62,440 bases of DNA from an uncultured Pelagibacteraceae bacterium (lineage in GTDB: Bacteria > Pseudomonadota > Alphaproteobacteria > Pelagibacterales > Pelagibacteraceae): positions 1-62,440 of the forward strand of contig CACDDB010000001.1 of the NCBI GenBank assembly GCA_902551445.1, in the 5' to 3' direction. Made by a program: the position numbers and the translations under genes. Positions 46,970 to 56,314 of this stretch are shown here, piece by piece. Positions within the stretch are counted from its first letter, which is position 1. Each line of letters starts with the position of its first letter. The notes under the pieces were generated by a model, which saw nothing but the letters and a program-made list of their open reading frames with translations, was not told where the DNA came from and made no database searches.

Positions 46970-47606
46970 TGAAATCTCGTTGTATTCTTTTTTGAGCTTT
47001 AATTAAAATATTTTGATCTGCATTTTCTATATCTAAAATATTTTGAAAAAACTCTCTCGATTTTTGCCTTTCTCCTTTAGAATAAAAATATTCTGCTAAT
47101 AAATATAGTACATGTGGTTTCCAAATACTTTCTGAATTTAGTACTGGATTTAAAATTTTAATTAGTTCATTCTCTTTTTTAAATTGAGAATTATAAATTC
47201 CTTTTTTATAAATAACTAAATTTTTTATTTCCTTTTCAAGTTTTGTTTTTTCAATAACAAAATCGAATAATTCATTTATTTCATCACTTGATTGAATTAA
47301 TGAATTATCTATTAAATAATAAAGTGCCAATGGAGAATATGTGCCATCCTTTTCCTTTATTATTTCTTTTAGTTCGCTAATCATTTCTGATTTATTGGAT
47401 TCATTAAATTTTATCAAAACATTATTATACTTAATGCCCAGTGCTGTTTTCTGATTTTTTTTATAATCTCCGTAGAAAAAATATCCAAATACGCTTAAAA
47501 TTATAATTATTAATGCTGATATTAAACTTTTTTTATTGCTAAGAAAAAAAGTCCTAATTTTTTCCATTCTTGTGTTCTGGTTAATTATTTCTGTTTCTTG
47601 ATCCAT
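46962..47606 (-). CDS. YfgM-like membrane-anchored TPR protein
   Basis: N-terminal TM helix and helical repeats; upstream of the BamB-like gene. Confidence 0.7.
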   Translation of the reverse strand: MDQETEIINQNTRMEKIRTFFLSNKKSLISALIIIILSVFGYFFYGDYKKNQKTALGIKYNNVLIKFNESNKSEMISELKEIIKEKDGTYSPLALYYLIDNSLIQSSDEINELFDFVIEKTKLEKEIKNLVIYKKGIYNSQFKKENELIKILNPVLNSESIWKPHVLYLLAEYFYSKGERQKSREFFQNILDIENADQNILIKAQKRIQRDFSE

Positions 47607-47609
47607 ATA

Positions 47610-50279
47610 TTAAATCATATTTCTAAGAACAAATTGTAGAATTCCCCCATTTTTATAATATTCTAATTCATTCTTAGTATCTATTCTACAAAGTGTTTTT
47701 ATTCTTTTACAATCACCTAAGGCGTATTTAATTTCTACTGTTAATTTATCTCCTGGTTTAACTCCTTTTTTTATATCTAAAACACTAATTAACTCAGATC
47801 CTGTTAAATTTAAATTCTTTCTATCAAAATTATCTATAAATTGAAGTGGAAGTATCCCCATCCCAACTAAATTTGATCTATGAATTCTTTCAAAACTTTC
47901 AGCAATAACAACCTTAACTCCTAGCAACTTTGTTCCTTTCGCTGCCCAATCTCTTGATGAGCCGGTGCCATATTCTTTGCCTCCAATGACAACTAAATCT
48001 GTCTCTCTTTTTTTATATTCAACAACAGCATCAAATATCGACATTACTTTTCCTTCTGGATATAATTTTGTAAATCCTCCCTCTGTTCCAGGCGCCATTT
48101 CATTTCTAATTCTTATATTTCCAAAAGTGCCTCTCATCATTACTTCATGATTTCCTCTCCTTGATCCATAAGAATTATAATCTTTGGGTAAAATTTGGTG
48201 TTTCATAAAATATTCACCTGTCGGACTTTCTTGCTGTATAGATCCTGCTGGAGAAATATGGTCTGTAGTAACCATATCTCCTAAAATTAGCAAAGGTCTT
48301 GCATCAATAATTTCTTTAAATCCCTCTGGTTCATCTGGAAGATTGTCAAAGAATGGTGGTTTTTTTACATATGTTGATCCTTCGTCCCAATTGTAAATAC
48401 TACTTTTTTTTGTTTGTATTTTTTGCCATTGAATTGGACCTTCTGAAATATTGGAATATCTTTTTATAAACATATCTGCATTTAATGAGTTTTTTAAAGT
48501 TTCTTCTATTTCTTTATTTGAAGGCCAAATATCTTTTAAATAAATTTCCTTACCATTTTCATCTTTTCCTAAAGAATTATTGTAAAAATCAAATTCCATA
48601 TGGCCTGCCAAAGCATATGCAACAACTAATGGAGGTGAAGCAAGGTAATTTGCTTTTATATGTGGTGAAATACGGCCTTCAAAATTTCTATTACCAGATA
48701 ATACAGATACGGCATAAATATTTTCTTTTTCAATTGCTTCAACAATATTTTCTGGGAGCGGTCCAGAATTTCCAATACATGTTGTGCATCCATATCCTAC
48801 AAGATTAAATCCTAATTCGTCCAAGTATTTGTTAAGTCCAGATTTTTCTAAATAATCAGTTACAACCTGAGATCCTGGGGCTAGTGAAGTTTTAACCCAA
48901 GGTTTAGTTTTTAGTCCTTTCTCAATAGCCTTCTTTGCAAGTAAACCTGCTCCAATTAAAACATTAGGATTAGATGTATTTGTACAAGATGTTATTGCTG
49001 CAATGAGTATGGAGCCATCTCTAATTTCAAATTCAGCTCCATTAACTTTTGATATACTGTTTTTATTTTTTCCAGTTGTGCTTCTAAATGCCTTTTTAAA
49101 TTCTGTGGATGCTTCATTTAAAAAAACTTTGTCCTGAGGTCTCTTAGGTCCAGAAATTGTTGGTACAACAGTTGACATATCAAGCGATATAGTCTCAGAA
49201 AACTCAATATTATCACTTGTCCATAAGCCTTGCTCTTTTGCATAGCTTTCAACAATGTTTATTTCATCATTGTTTCTTCCTGACGTTTTCAAGTATTTTA
49301 AAGTCTCATGATCAATTGGGAAGAATCCACAGGTAGCTCCATATTCAGGAGCCATATTTGCTATGGTTGCTCTATCTGCAAGAGTTAAATTTTTTAATCC
49401 TTCTCCATAAAATTCAACAAACTTTCCAACTACACCTTTGTCTCTTAACATTTTTACTACTGTTAAAACTAAATCAGTAGCGGTACTGCCTTCAGGCATT
49501 TTATTTATAAATTCAAATCCGATTACTTCTGGAATTAACATTGAAATTGGTTGTCCTAGCATTCCTGCTTCAGCTTCTATGCCACCCACTCCCCATCCAA
49601 GAACTGACAATCCATTAACCATTGTGGTATGGCTGTCTGTTCCTACTAAAGTATCAGGAAACAAATAGTTATCTTCTTTATACTTTTCCGACCAAACTAC
49701 TTTAGATAAATATTCTAAATTAACTTGGTGGCAGATTCCTGTTCCTGGTGGAACAATTCTAAAATTATTAAAAGCTTGCTGACCCCACTTTAAAAAAGAG
49801 TATCTTTCTCCATTTCTTTCAAATTCAATATCGACATTTTTTTCGAAAGAATCTGATTTTGCAAACTTATCAACTTGAACTGAGTGATCTATGACCAAAT
49901 CAACCTTTGAAAGAGGGTTAATAGTGTTTGGATCTTTATTTTTTTCTTTAACCGCTTCTCTCATTGCCGCAAGATCTGCAACAGCTGGTATTCCAGTATA
50001 ATCTTGTAGTAAAACCCTTGCAGGTCTATATGCAATTTCTGTATTTGATTTTTTTTCTTTTAACCAATTTTTAATTGCATCTATTTGATCTTTTGTAACA
50101 GACAATCCATCTTCATATCTAAGTAAATTTTCTAAAAGAACTTTTAAAGATTTAGGTAATTTAGAAATATTCGTTAAGCCATTTTTTTCTGCTTCCTTCA
50201 AAGAATAATACTTATAAATTTTATCATTTATATTTATGGATTTTAATGTTTTGTAAGAATTCTTATTGCCTGGTTTCAT
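47610..50279 (-). CDS. acnA: Aconitate hydratase A
   Basis: QDYTG, IDHSVQ, GTDSHT, SCTNTSN, GYGCTTCIGNSG, GSSRDWAAKG. Confidence 0.97.
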   Translation of the reverse strand: MKPGNKNSYKTLKSININDKIYKYYSLKEAEKNGLTNISKLPKSLKVLLENLLRYEDGLSVTKDQIDAIKNWLKEKKSNTEIAYRPARVLLQDYTGIPAVADLAAMREAVKEKNKDPNTINPLSKVDLVIDHSVQVDKFAKSDSFEKNVDIEFERNGERYSFLKWGQQAFNNFRIVPPGTGICHQVNLEYLSKVVWSEKYKEDNYLFPDTLVGTDSHTTMVNGLSVLGWGVGGIEAEAGMLGQPISMLIPEVIGFEFINKMPEGSTATDLVLTVVKMLRDKGVVGKFVEFYGEGLKNLTLADRATIANMAPEYGATCGFFPIDHETLKYLKTSGRNNDEINIVESYAKEQGLWTSDNIEFSETISLDMSTVVPTISGPKRPQDKVFLNEASTEFKKAFRSTTGKNKNSISKVNGAEFEIRDGSILIAAITSCTNTSNPNVLIGAGLLAKKAIEKGLKTKPWVKTSLAPGSQVVTDYLEKSGLNKYLDELGFNLVGYGCTTCIGNSGPLPENIVEAIEKENIYAVSVLSGNRNFEGRISPHIKANYLASPPLVVAYALAGHMEFDFYNNSLGKDENGKEIYLKDIWPSNKEIEETLKNSLNADMFIKRYSNISEGPIQWQKIQTKKSSIYNWDEGSTYVKKPPFFDNLPDEPEGFKEIIDARPLLILGDMVTTDHISPAGSIQQESPTGEYFMKHQILPKDYNSYGSRRGNHEVMMRGTFGNIRIRNEMAPGTEGGFTKLYPEGKVMSIFDAVVEYKKRETDLVVIGGKEYGTGSSRDWAAKGTKLLGVKVVIAESFERIHRSNLVGMGILPLQFIDNFDRKNLNLTGSELISVLDIKKGVKPGDKLTVEIKYALGDCKRIKTLCRIDTKNELEYYKNGGILQFVLRNMI

Positions 50280-50324
50280 AAATTTACATTATATATTTTA
50301 TTTAGACTAAATTATGAATTAAAT

Positions 50325-50915
50325 TTATAAATAAAATGTTGCTATACACCCTATTAGAAGGAATGACATAACATAATTAAATCGTTTTATAAATTTCTCA
50401 TTTGTCGCGAATCTTCTTAAAAATTTACCTATTAAAGACCAAAAAAAAATACTGAAACATGCAAATATAAAAGCTACTGATAAAGCCCATAAAGAATGGT
50501 TAATAAAATTTTCTCCACTATCTACATAAGTTGATACAATTATTATTGATACTATAACTGCTTTTGGATTTAAAAATTGAAAAAAAAATGTCTCTATAAA
50601 CTTAACTGGATTCTCTTTTGAATCATTAGAGTTAGTTTTAGAAAATGAAATTTTATATGCAAGATATAAAAGGAAAATTGATCCACCATACTTTAATATT
50701 TCTTGGATAAGTGGATATAGTTTGAAAATGTTTATTAATCCAAAATTTACTACTGCTACAAGTGTAGTAAATCCAAAAATTACACCACACATATGTGGAA
50801 TTGTTTTTATAATTCCAAAATTAAATGCAGAGTATGAGGCAACAATATTATTTGGTCCAGGTGAACAACTAGTAACCAACATAAATAATGACATTGATAG
50901 TAGTTCTGGATGCAT
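50325..50915 (-). CDS. LysE family translocator
   Basis: SPGPNN, FQFLNPK. Confidence 0.9.
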   Translation of the reverse strand: MHPELLSMSLFMLVTSCSPGPNNIVASYSAFNFGIIKTIPHMCGVIFGFTTLVAVVNFGLINIFKLYPLIQEILKYGGSIFLLYLAYKISFSKTNSNDSKENPVKFIETFFFQFLNPKAVIVSIIIVSTYVDSGENFINHSLWALSVAFIFACFSIFFWSLIGKFLRRFATNEKFIKRFNYVMSFLLIGCIATFYL

Positions 50916-50920
50916 TATTC

Positions 50921-51262
50921 TTAAGCTATTGGTAATCCATTCTCCGCTTTTTGTGATGGATGAAGCAAAGTAACTCTTCCTTCTTTATCAATGGATCCTA
51001 GAATTAAAACTTGTGATTTTACACCAGCAATATTTTTTTCTGGAAAATTACAAACACCAATCACTTGTTTTCCCAATAAATTTTCTTCATTATAATAGTG
51101 CGTTATTTGTGCAGATGATTGCTTAATTCCAATTTCTGATCCAAAATCCACTTCAACAACTAGTGAAGGTTTTCTAGCTTTTTCATTTTTTTTTACTGAG
51201 ATTACAGTACCAAGTCTTATATCTACTTTGTTAAATGTATCATAGGTTATTTGTTCTTTCAT
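50921..51262 (-). CDS. csaA: tRNA-binding protein / CsaA
   Basis: VDIRLG, DFG.EIG.KQSSAQIT, NFP.KNIAG. Confidence 0.88.
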   Translation of the reverse strand: MKEQITYDTFNKVDIRLGTVISVKKNEKARKPSLVVEVDFGSEIGIKQSSAQITHYYNEENLLGKQVIGVCNFPEKNIAGVKSQVLILGSIDKEGRVTLLHPSQKAENGLPIA

Positions 51263-51289
51263 AAATTTAATATATAATTGATATAAGTT

Positions 51290-52480
51290 ATGAGTACAGA
51301 AAATAATTTAAAAACTTTGTATGAGAATTCTATTAAAATACTATCAGATTTAATAGCCTTTAAAACAGTTTCAGGTGAAGATAATAATCAGTTGATTAAT
51401 TATTGTGATGAAATACTAAAAAAATTTGGCGCAACATCTTTTAAAACTTTTGATAAAGACAAGAAAAGAGTCAATCTTTTTGCAACTCTAAAAACAAAAA
51501 AACCAAACGGTAAAGCACCGATTATACTTTCTGGTCATACAGATGTTGTTCCGGTATCAAAAGGATGGTCCACAAATCCATTTGAAGCAATAATAAAGAA
51601 GGATAAACTTTATGGAAGAGGATCTTGTGATATGAAAGGTTTCATTGCATGTACTTTAGCGTATGCACCAATATTTTCAAAATCTGATTTAAATAGAGAT
51701 ATTCATTTTTCTTTTACATTTGATGAGGAAACCGCATGTAAAGGAGCTCCTATTTTAATTGAAGAATTAAAAAAAAGAGGAATTATAAATGGAATATGTA
51801 TCGTTGGTGAACCAACAAATATGAAGGTAATTGACTCCCATAAAGGATGCTACGAGTACACAACTTACTTTGAAGGTTTGGCTGGCCATAGTTCTCAGCC
51901 CCACAAAGGAGTAAGTGCTGTTGAGTATGCAGCAAGGTATGTAAATAAATTAATAGAGTTAAGACAGAAACTAAAAGATAGAGTACCAAAAAATTCAATC
52001 TTTGATCCTCCGTATTCTACTCTTCAAATTGGAGGAATTTTTGGAGGAATTGCACACAATGTAATCGCTGATAAATGTTTCGTAAATTGGGAAACAAGAC
52101 CTGTAGTTAAAGAAGATGGAGTATTTTTAAATACAGAATTAGATAAATATACAAATGAAATATTGCTTCCAGAAATGAAAAAAGTTTTTCCAAACTCATC
52201 GATAAAAAAAGAAATAATTGGAGAAATTATTGGTTTTGATAGAGTACAAAATTCAGAAGCTTGTGAATTTGTATCTAGTATTACTGGTGATAATTCTCGA
52301 GAAGTTGTTTCGTTTGGAACAGAGGCTGGCTTATTTCAAGAAATTGGAATAAGTACTGCTGTTTGTGGGCCAGGCTCAATTGAACAGGCTCATAAAATAG
52401 ATGAATTTATAAAATTAAGTGAAATTAAAAAATGTTTGGAATTTCTTGATGGTGTAAAGAACAAATCTACATCAAGTTAA
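51290..52480 (+). CDS. argE: Acetylornithine deacetylase (M20 family)
   Basis: SGHTDVVP, GRGSCDMKG, DEE, GEPT, FGTEAG, AH..DE. Confidence 0.9.
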   Translation: MSTENNLKTLYENSIKILSDLIAFKTVSGEDNNQLINYCDEILKKFGATSFKTFDKDKKRVNLFATLKTKKPNGKAPIILSGHTDVVPVSKGWSTNPFEAIIKKDKLYGRGSCDMKGFIACTLAYAPIFSKSDLNRDIHFSFTFDEETACKGAPILIEELKKRGIINGICIVGEPTNMKVIDSHKGCYEYTTYFEGLAGHSSQPHKGVSAVEYAARYVNKLIELRQKLKDRVPKNSIFDPPYSTLQIGGIFGGIAHNVIADKCFVNWETRPVVKEDGVFLNTELDKYTNEILLPEMKKVFPNSSIKKEIIGEIIGFDRVQNSEACEFVSSITGDNSREVVSFGTEAGLFQEIGISTAVCGPGSIEQAHKIDEFIKLSEIKKCLEFLDGVKNKSTSS

Positions 52481-52498
52481 AAAATTTTAATATTTAAA

Positions 52499-53932
52499 TT
52501 AATTCCAGCCGCCAACTGTTTTGACTTCTAAAAATTCTATAAGACCTTCGGTTCCAGCCTCTCGTCCAATACCAGAATGTTTATAACCTCCAAAAGGAGA
52601 GGCTACGGCTATACCAACCCCATTTACATCTACCATTCCAGATCTAAGTTTTCTTGCAACTCTCTTAACTTTTTCTTTATCTTGGGTTTGAATATAATTT
52701 GTTAAACCATAAGGAGTATCATTAGCTATTGAAATAGCCTCTTCTTCATTTTCAAAAGGAATTATGGATAGAACAGGACCAAAGATTTCAGTTCTTGCAA
52801 TTTCCATTTGATTGTTAACATCGGCAAAAACTGTTGGTTTTACATAATAGCCTTTTTCAAATCCTTTGGGTTTACCAGTTCCTCCTGCAATCAATTTTGC
52901 TCCTTCATCTATACCCTTTTGGATTAAGGTTTGAATTTTATTAAATTGAACTTCAGATACTACTGGACCAATATGATCACCATCTTTTTGAGGCGAGTCT
53001 ACCTTGGTATTATTTGCCAATTCTTTTACTTTTTCTACAGTCTCATTATAAATTGTTTTTTCTACTAGCATTCTTGTAGGAGCATTACATGATTGTCCTG
53101 AATTTCTAAAACATCTCAAAACTCCTCGTGCTACCGCCTCTGAATCTGCATCTTTAAAAATTATATTTGCACCTTTTCCGCCTAATTCTAAACTTATTCT
53201 TTTAAAATCTTTAGCAGCATTTTGGGATATTAATGCTCCAGCTCTTGTAGATCCTGTAAATGATATCATGTTTATATCTGGATGGCTTGTTAAAGCATCA
53301 CCCGTTACGGCACCATCGCCATTTACTAAATTAAAAACTCCAGCTGGAAATTTTACTTCATCAATCATTTCTGCAAGCAACATGGACGACAAGGGTGCTA
53401 CTTCTGACGGTTTTAAAACTACAGTACATGCAGATGCCAATGCAGGTATCACTTTTAAATTAACTTGATTTATTGGCCAATTCCAAGGTGTGATCAGTGC
53501 ACAAACTCCTTTAGGTTCATACAGTAACTTTTGATTGTTCTTTTCTTCTCCTAAATCTTTTTCAAATTTAAAATCTTTTAATATGTTCTTGAAAGATTTA
53601 ATATGACTAGCTCCAGTTGCAGCTTGCATTTCTGTTGAAAATTTCATTGGAGCACCCATCTCAGTAGAGATAAGTTTTGCCATCTCTGCCCATCGCTTTT
53701 TATAAACAACATATAGTTTTTCTAATAATTCTAATCTTTCTTCTTTTTTTGAGAAAGCCCATGTTTCAAAAGCTTTTTTTGCTGCACTAACTGCTTTGTC
53801 TACATCTTTTTTTCCTCCTAATGATATTTCTGCACAAGGTTCCTCGTTTGATGGATCTATAACTTTAAAGTTTCTCGGCTCAATTGGAGAAACCCACTTT
53901 CCATCTATGTAAAAATTTTTTTTATCCAACAT
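52499..53932 (-). CDS. Aldehyde dehydrogenase family protein
   Basis: ITPWNWP, FTGST, LELGGK, GQSCNA, EIFGPV. Confidence 0.93.
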   Translation of the reverse strand: MLDKKNFYIDGKWVSPIEPRNFKVIDPSNEEPCAEISLGGKKDVDKAVSAAKKAFETWAFSKKEERLELLEKLYVVYKKRWAEMAKLISTEMGAPMKFSTEMQAATGASHIKSFKNILKDFKFEKDLGEEKNNQKLLYEPKGVCALITPWNWPINQVNLKVIPALASACTVVLKPSEVAPLSSMLLAEMIDEVKFPAGVFNLVNGDGAVTGDALTSHPDINMISFTGSTRAGALISQNAAKDFKRISLELGGKGANIIFKDADSEAVARGVLRCFRNSGQSCNAPTRMLVEKTIYNETVEKVKELANNTKVDSPQKDGDHIGPVVSEVQFNKIQTLIQKGIDEGAKLIAGGTGKPKGFEKGYYVKPTVFADVNNQMEIARTEIFGPVLSIIPFENEEEAISIANDTPYGLTNYIQTQDKEKVKRVARKLRSGMVDVNGVGIAVASPFGGYKHSGIGREAGTEGLIEFLEVKTVGGWN

Positions 53933-53946
53933 ATTTTAAATCTATC

Positions 53947-54912
53947 TTAATTTTTTTTGTTAGCAAATAAATTTGTTAATTCATAAATTATTGTTGCCGC
54001 AGCTAATGATGTCAATTCCGCGTGATCATAAGCAGGCGCAACCTCAACAACATCAGCGGAAATTAAATTCATACCAGATAATCCTCTTAATACATTGACT
54101 ATTTCTCTTGTTGTCATACCTGCAATTTCAGGTGTGCCTGTTCCTGGCGCATGAGCAGGATCTAATACATCTATGTCTATTGAAAGATATAAAGGATTAT
54201 CGCCTACTCTTTTCCTAATTCTTTGAACTATTTTATCTATTCCTTCAGTTTGAAATTCGTCACAATGAATTATTTTAAAACCAAAACTTGCATCATTTTT
54301 TAAATCATCTCTACTATAAAGAGGTCCTCTTATACCAACATGCATTGAAGCATCATCTAAAAATAAATTTTCCTCTCGAGCTCTTCTGAATGGTGTGCCA
54401 TGTGTATATGGTGCTCCAAAATAAGTATCCCAAGTATCTAGATGTGCATCAAAATGCACTAATGCTACTGGTCCTTTATTTATTTTATTTATTGATCTAA
54501 GTAATGGAAAAGCAATTGTATGATCTCCTCCCATACTAATAATCCCTCCAACTTTTTCTAATAGCTCTGTAGCACCTTTTTCAATTTGTTTAATGGCTTC
54601 ATCAATGTTAAATGGATTGCACGCTATATCTCCTGCATCTGCAACTTGCTGAACTTTAAAAGGTTCTGCATCATAATTTGGATGATAGTTGGTTCTTAAA
54701 TGTCTTGAAGCTTGTCTAATGCTTTGCGGTCCAAATCTAGCTCCGGGTCTATAACTTGTGCCTGCATCAAAAGGTACTCCAACTATTGCAACATCACAAC
54801 TTTCAACATCTCTTAGTTCTGGCAATCTTGCAAATGTATTTGGTCCAGCGTATCTTGGAACTTTAGTTCCTATAACTGGTTGTATTGGGTTTTTATTTCT
54901 TTGTTTTTTCAT
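53947..54912 (-). CDS. speB: Agmatinase / guanidinobutyrase-type ureohydrolase
   Basis: GGDHT, DAHLD, SIDIDVLDP. Confidence 0.85.
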   Translation of the reverse strand: MKKQRNKNPIQPVIGTKVPRYAGPNTFARLPELRDVESCDVAIVGVPFDAGTSYRPGARFGPQSIRQASRHLRTNYHPNYDAEPFKVQQVADAGDIACNPFNIDEAIKQIEKGATELLEKVGGIISMGGDHTIAFPLLRSINKINKGPVALVHFDAHLDTWDTYFGAPYTHGTPFRRAREENLFLDDASMHVGIRGPLYSRDDLKNDASFGFKIIHCDEFQTEGIDKIVQRIRKRVGDNPLYLSIDIDVLDPAHAPGTGTPEIAGMTTREIVNVLRGLSGMNLISADVVEVAPAYDHAELTSLAAATIIYELTNLFANKKN

Positions 54913-54924
54913 TAATATTCACTT

Positions 54925-55662
54925 ATGAAATTTTTAAAAATTATTCTATCAATTCTTATATTTATTTCACCTGCTAATGCTAACACAATATTCTACCTAA
55001 TTAAAATACCAAACTTGGAAATACATCATAGCAAATCTATGAATGGTTTGAAGTATTTAAAGGCTACAAAACCATTTAACGTAGGGATAAGAGATAATAA
55101 TGTTTCATGTTTCAATTCTAGTGAAGAAGATATTGAAAAAAAGATGCATTTGATTGAAAAAAATTTGAATAGATATAGTTCTGCTTTTTTAAATAAAATT
55201 AATCTTAAATATGTTGTTCTATGCGAAAATCTTACCGTATCTCAAATTAATACTGCTGGCGTACCAAATCCAAAAACGAAAACCTTGATAGTAGATATTA
55301 AATTTAATGAAAAACACTTTGAAAGAGTGTTGCATCATGAAATATTTCATATGATAGATGAAAGTCATAAAGAAAAATTTTTGTATGAGAAGTGGGAAAG
55401 TTTTAATAACCCAGAATTTAAATACGCTGAATGTTCAACTTGTTCAGATAGATTGGGTTTGTCTTTATTAAAAGAAGATAAAGGTTTTTTAACAGAATAC
55501 TCCATGTCCACTCCATCTGAAGATATGGCTGAAGTATTTTCCTTTTTAATGATTAATAAAAAAATGATCGAGGATAAAGCTTCAATGGACCCAATCCTAA
55601 ATAATAAAATACTTTTAATTAAAAATAATATATTAAAAATTCATAAAAATTTTAATTTTTAA
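54925..55662 (+). CDS. Exported putative zinc metallopeptidase
   Basis: Signal peptide; HHEIFH (HExxH); EDMAE. Confidence 0.75.
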   Translation: MKFLKIILSILIFISPANANTIFYLIKIPNLEIHHSKSMNGLKYLKATKPFNVGIRDNNVSCFNSSEEDIEKKMHLIEKNLNRYSSAFLNKINLKYVVLCENLTVSQINTAGVPNPKTKTLIVDIKFNEKHFERVLHHEIFHMIDESHKEKFLYEKWESFNNPEFKYAECSTCSDRLGLSLLKEDKGFLTEYSMSTPSEDMAEVFSFLMINKKMIEDKASMDPILNNKILLIKNNILKIHKNFNF

Positions 55663-55666
55663 TTAA

Positions 55667-56314
55667 ATGATAAAAAAATTAAAACAAACAATATCTGAGA
55701 AAATCTTATTAATATTTGTTATAGCTTTAGCTATAATATTTTTTGGCTCCTTTATAACAATAAAAAATAAATGTTTATTTGTAAAAGATTATGATCCAAA
55801 AAAAATAAATTTTTCTAAACCAAAGAATATTGCAGTCCTCAATGCCTACTGTGGAAATGTTATTATAGAACTATATCCAAATATTTCGCCAAATTCTGTT
55901 GAAAGATTTAAAATGTTGATTAAATCTGGTGAATATAATGATGTTGCATTTCACAGAGTTATAAAAAATGTACTAGTTCAATCTGGTGATTTAGAGTTTG
56001 GAAAAAAAAATAATTTAAATTATGCTTATATAGGAACCGGTAAATCTGGATATGGAACTATAAAATCCGAGTTAAAAAAAAAATTTGATTTTAAAAAAGG
56101 TACAGTTGCTTTAGCTAGAACAGATGAAATAAATACTGAAGATAGTCAGTTTTTTATATTACTTCAAGATGCTCCATTATTTGAAGGAGAGTATACACCT
56201 GTCGGAAGAGTAATTTATGGCTTAGAGGTTCTAAAAAAAATTAAATATGATGAAAAAACTGAGTACGTTCTACGACCTGATTTTATCAATTATTTTGAAA
56301 TGTTAATTAACTAG
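55667..56314 (+). CDS. Membrane-anchored cyclophilin-type peptidyl-prolyl isomerase
   Basis: FHRVI, Q.GD, GTVALAR, SQFFI, YT..GRV..G. Confidence 0.85.
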   Translation: MIKKLKQTISEKILLIFVIALAIIFFGSFITIKNKCLFVKDYDPKKINFSKPKNIAVLNAYCGNVIIELYPNISPNSVERFKMLIKSGEYNDVAFHRVIKNVLVQSGDLEFGKKNNLNYAYIGTGKSGYGTIKSELKKKFDFKKGTVALARTDEINTEDSQFFILLQDAPLFEGEYTPVGRVIYGLEVLKKIKYDEKTEYVLRPDFINYFEMLIN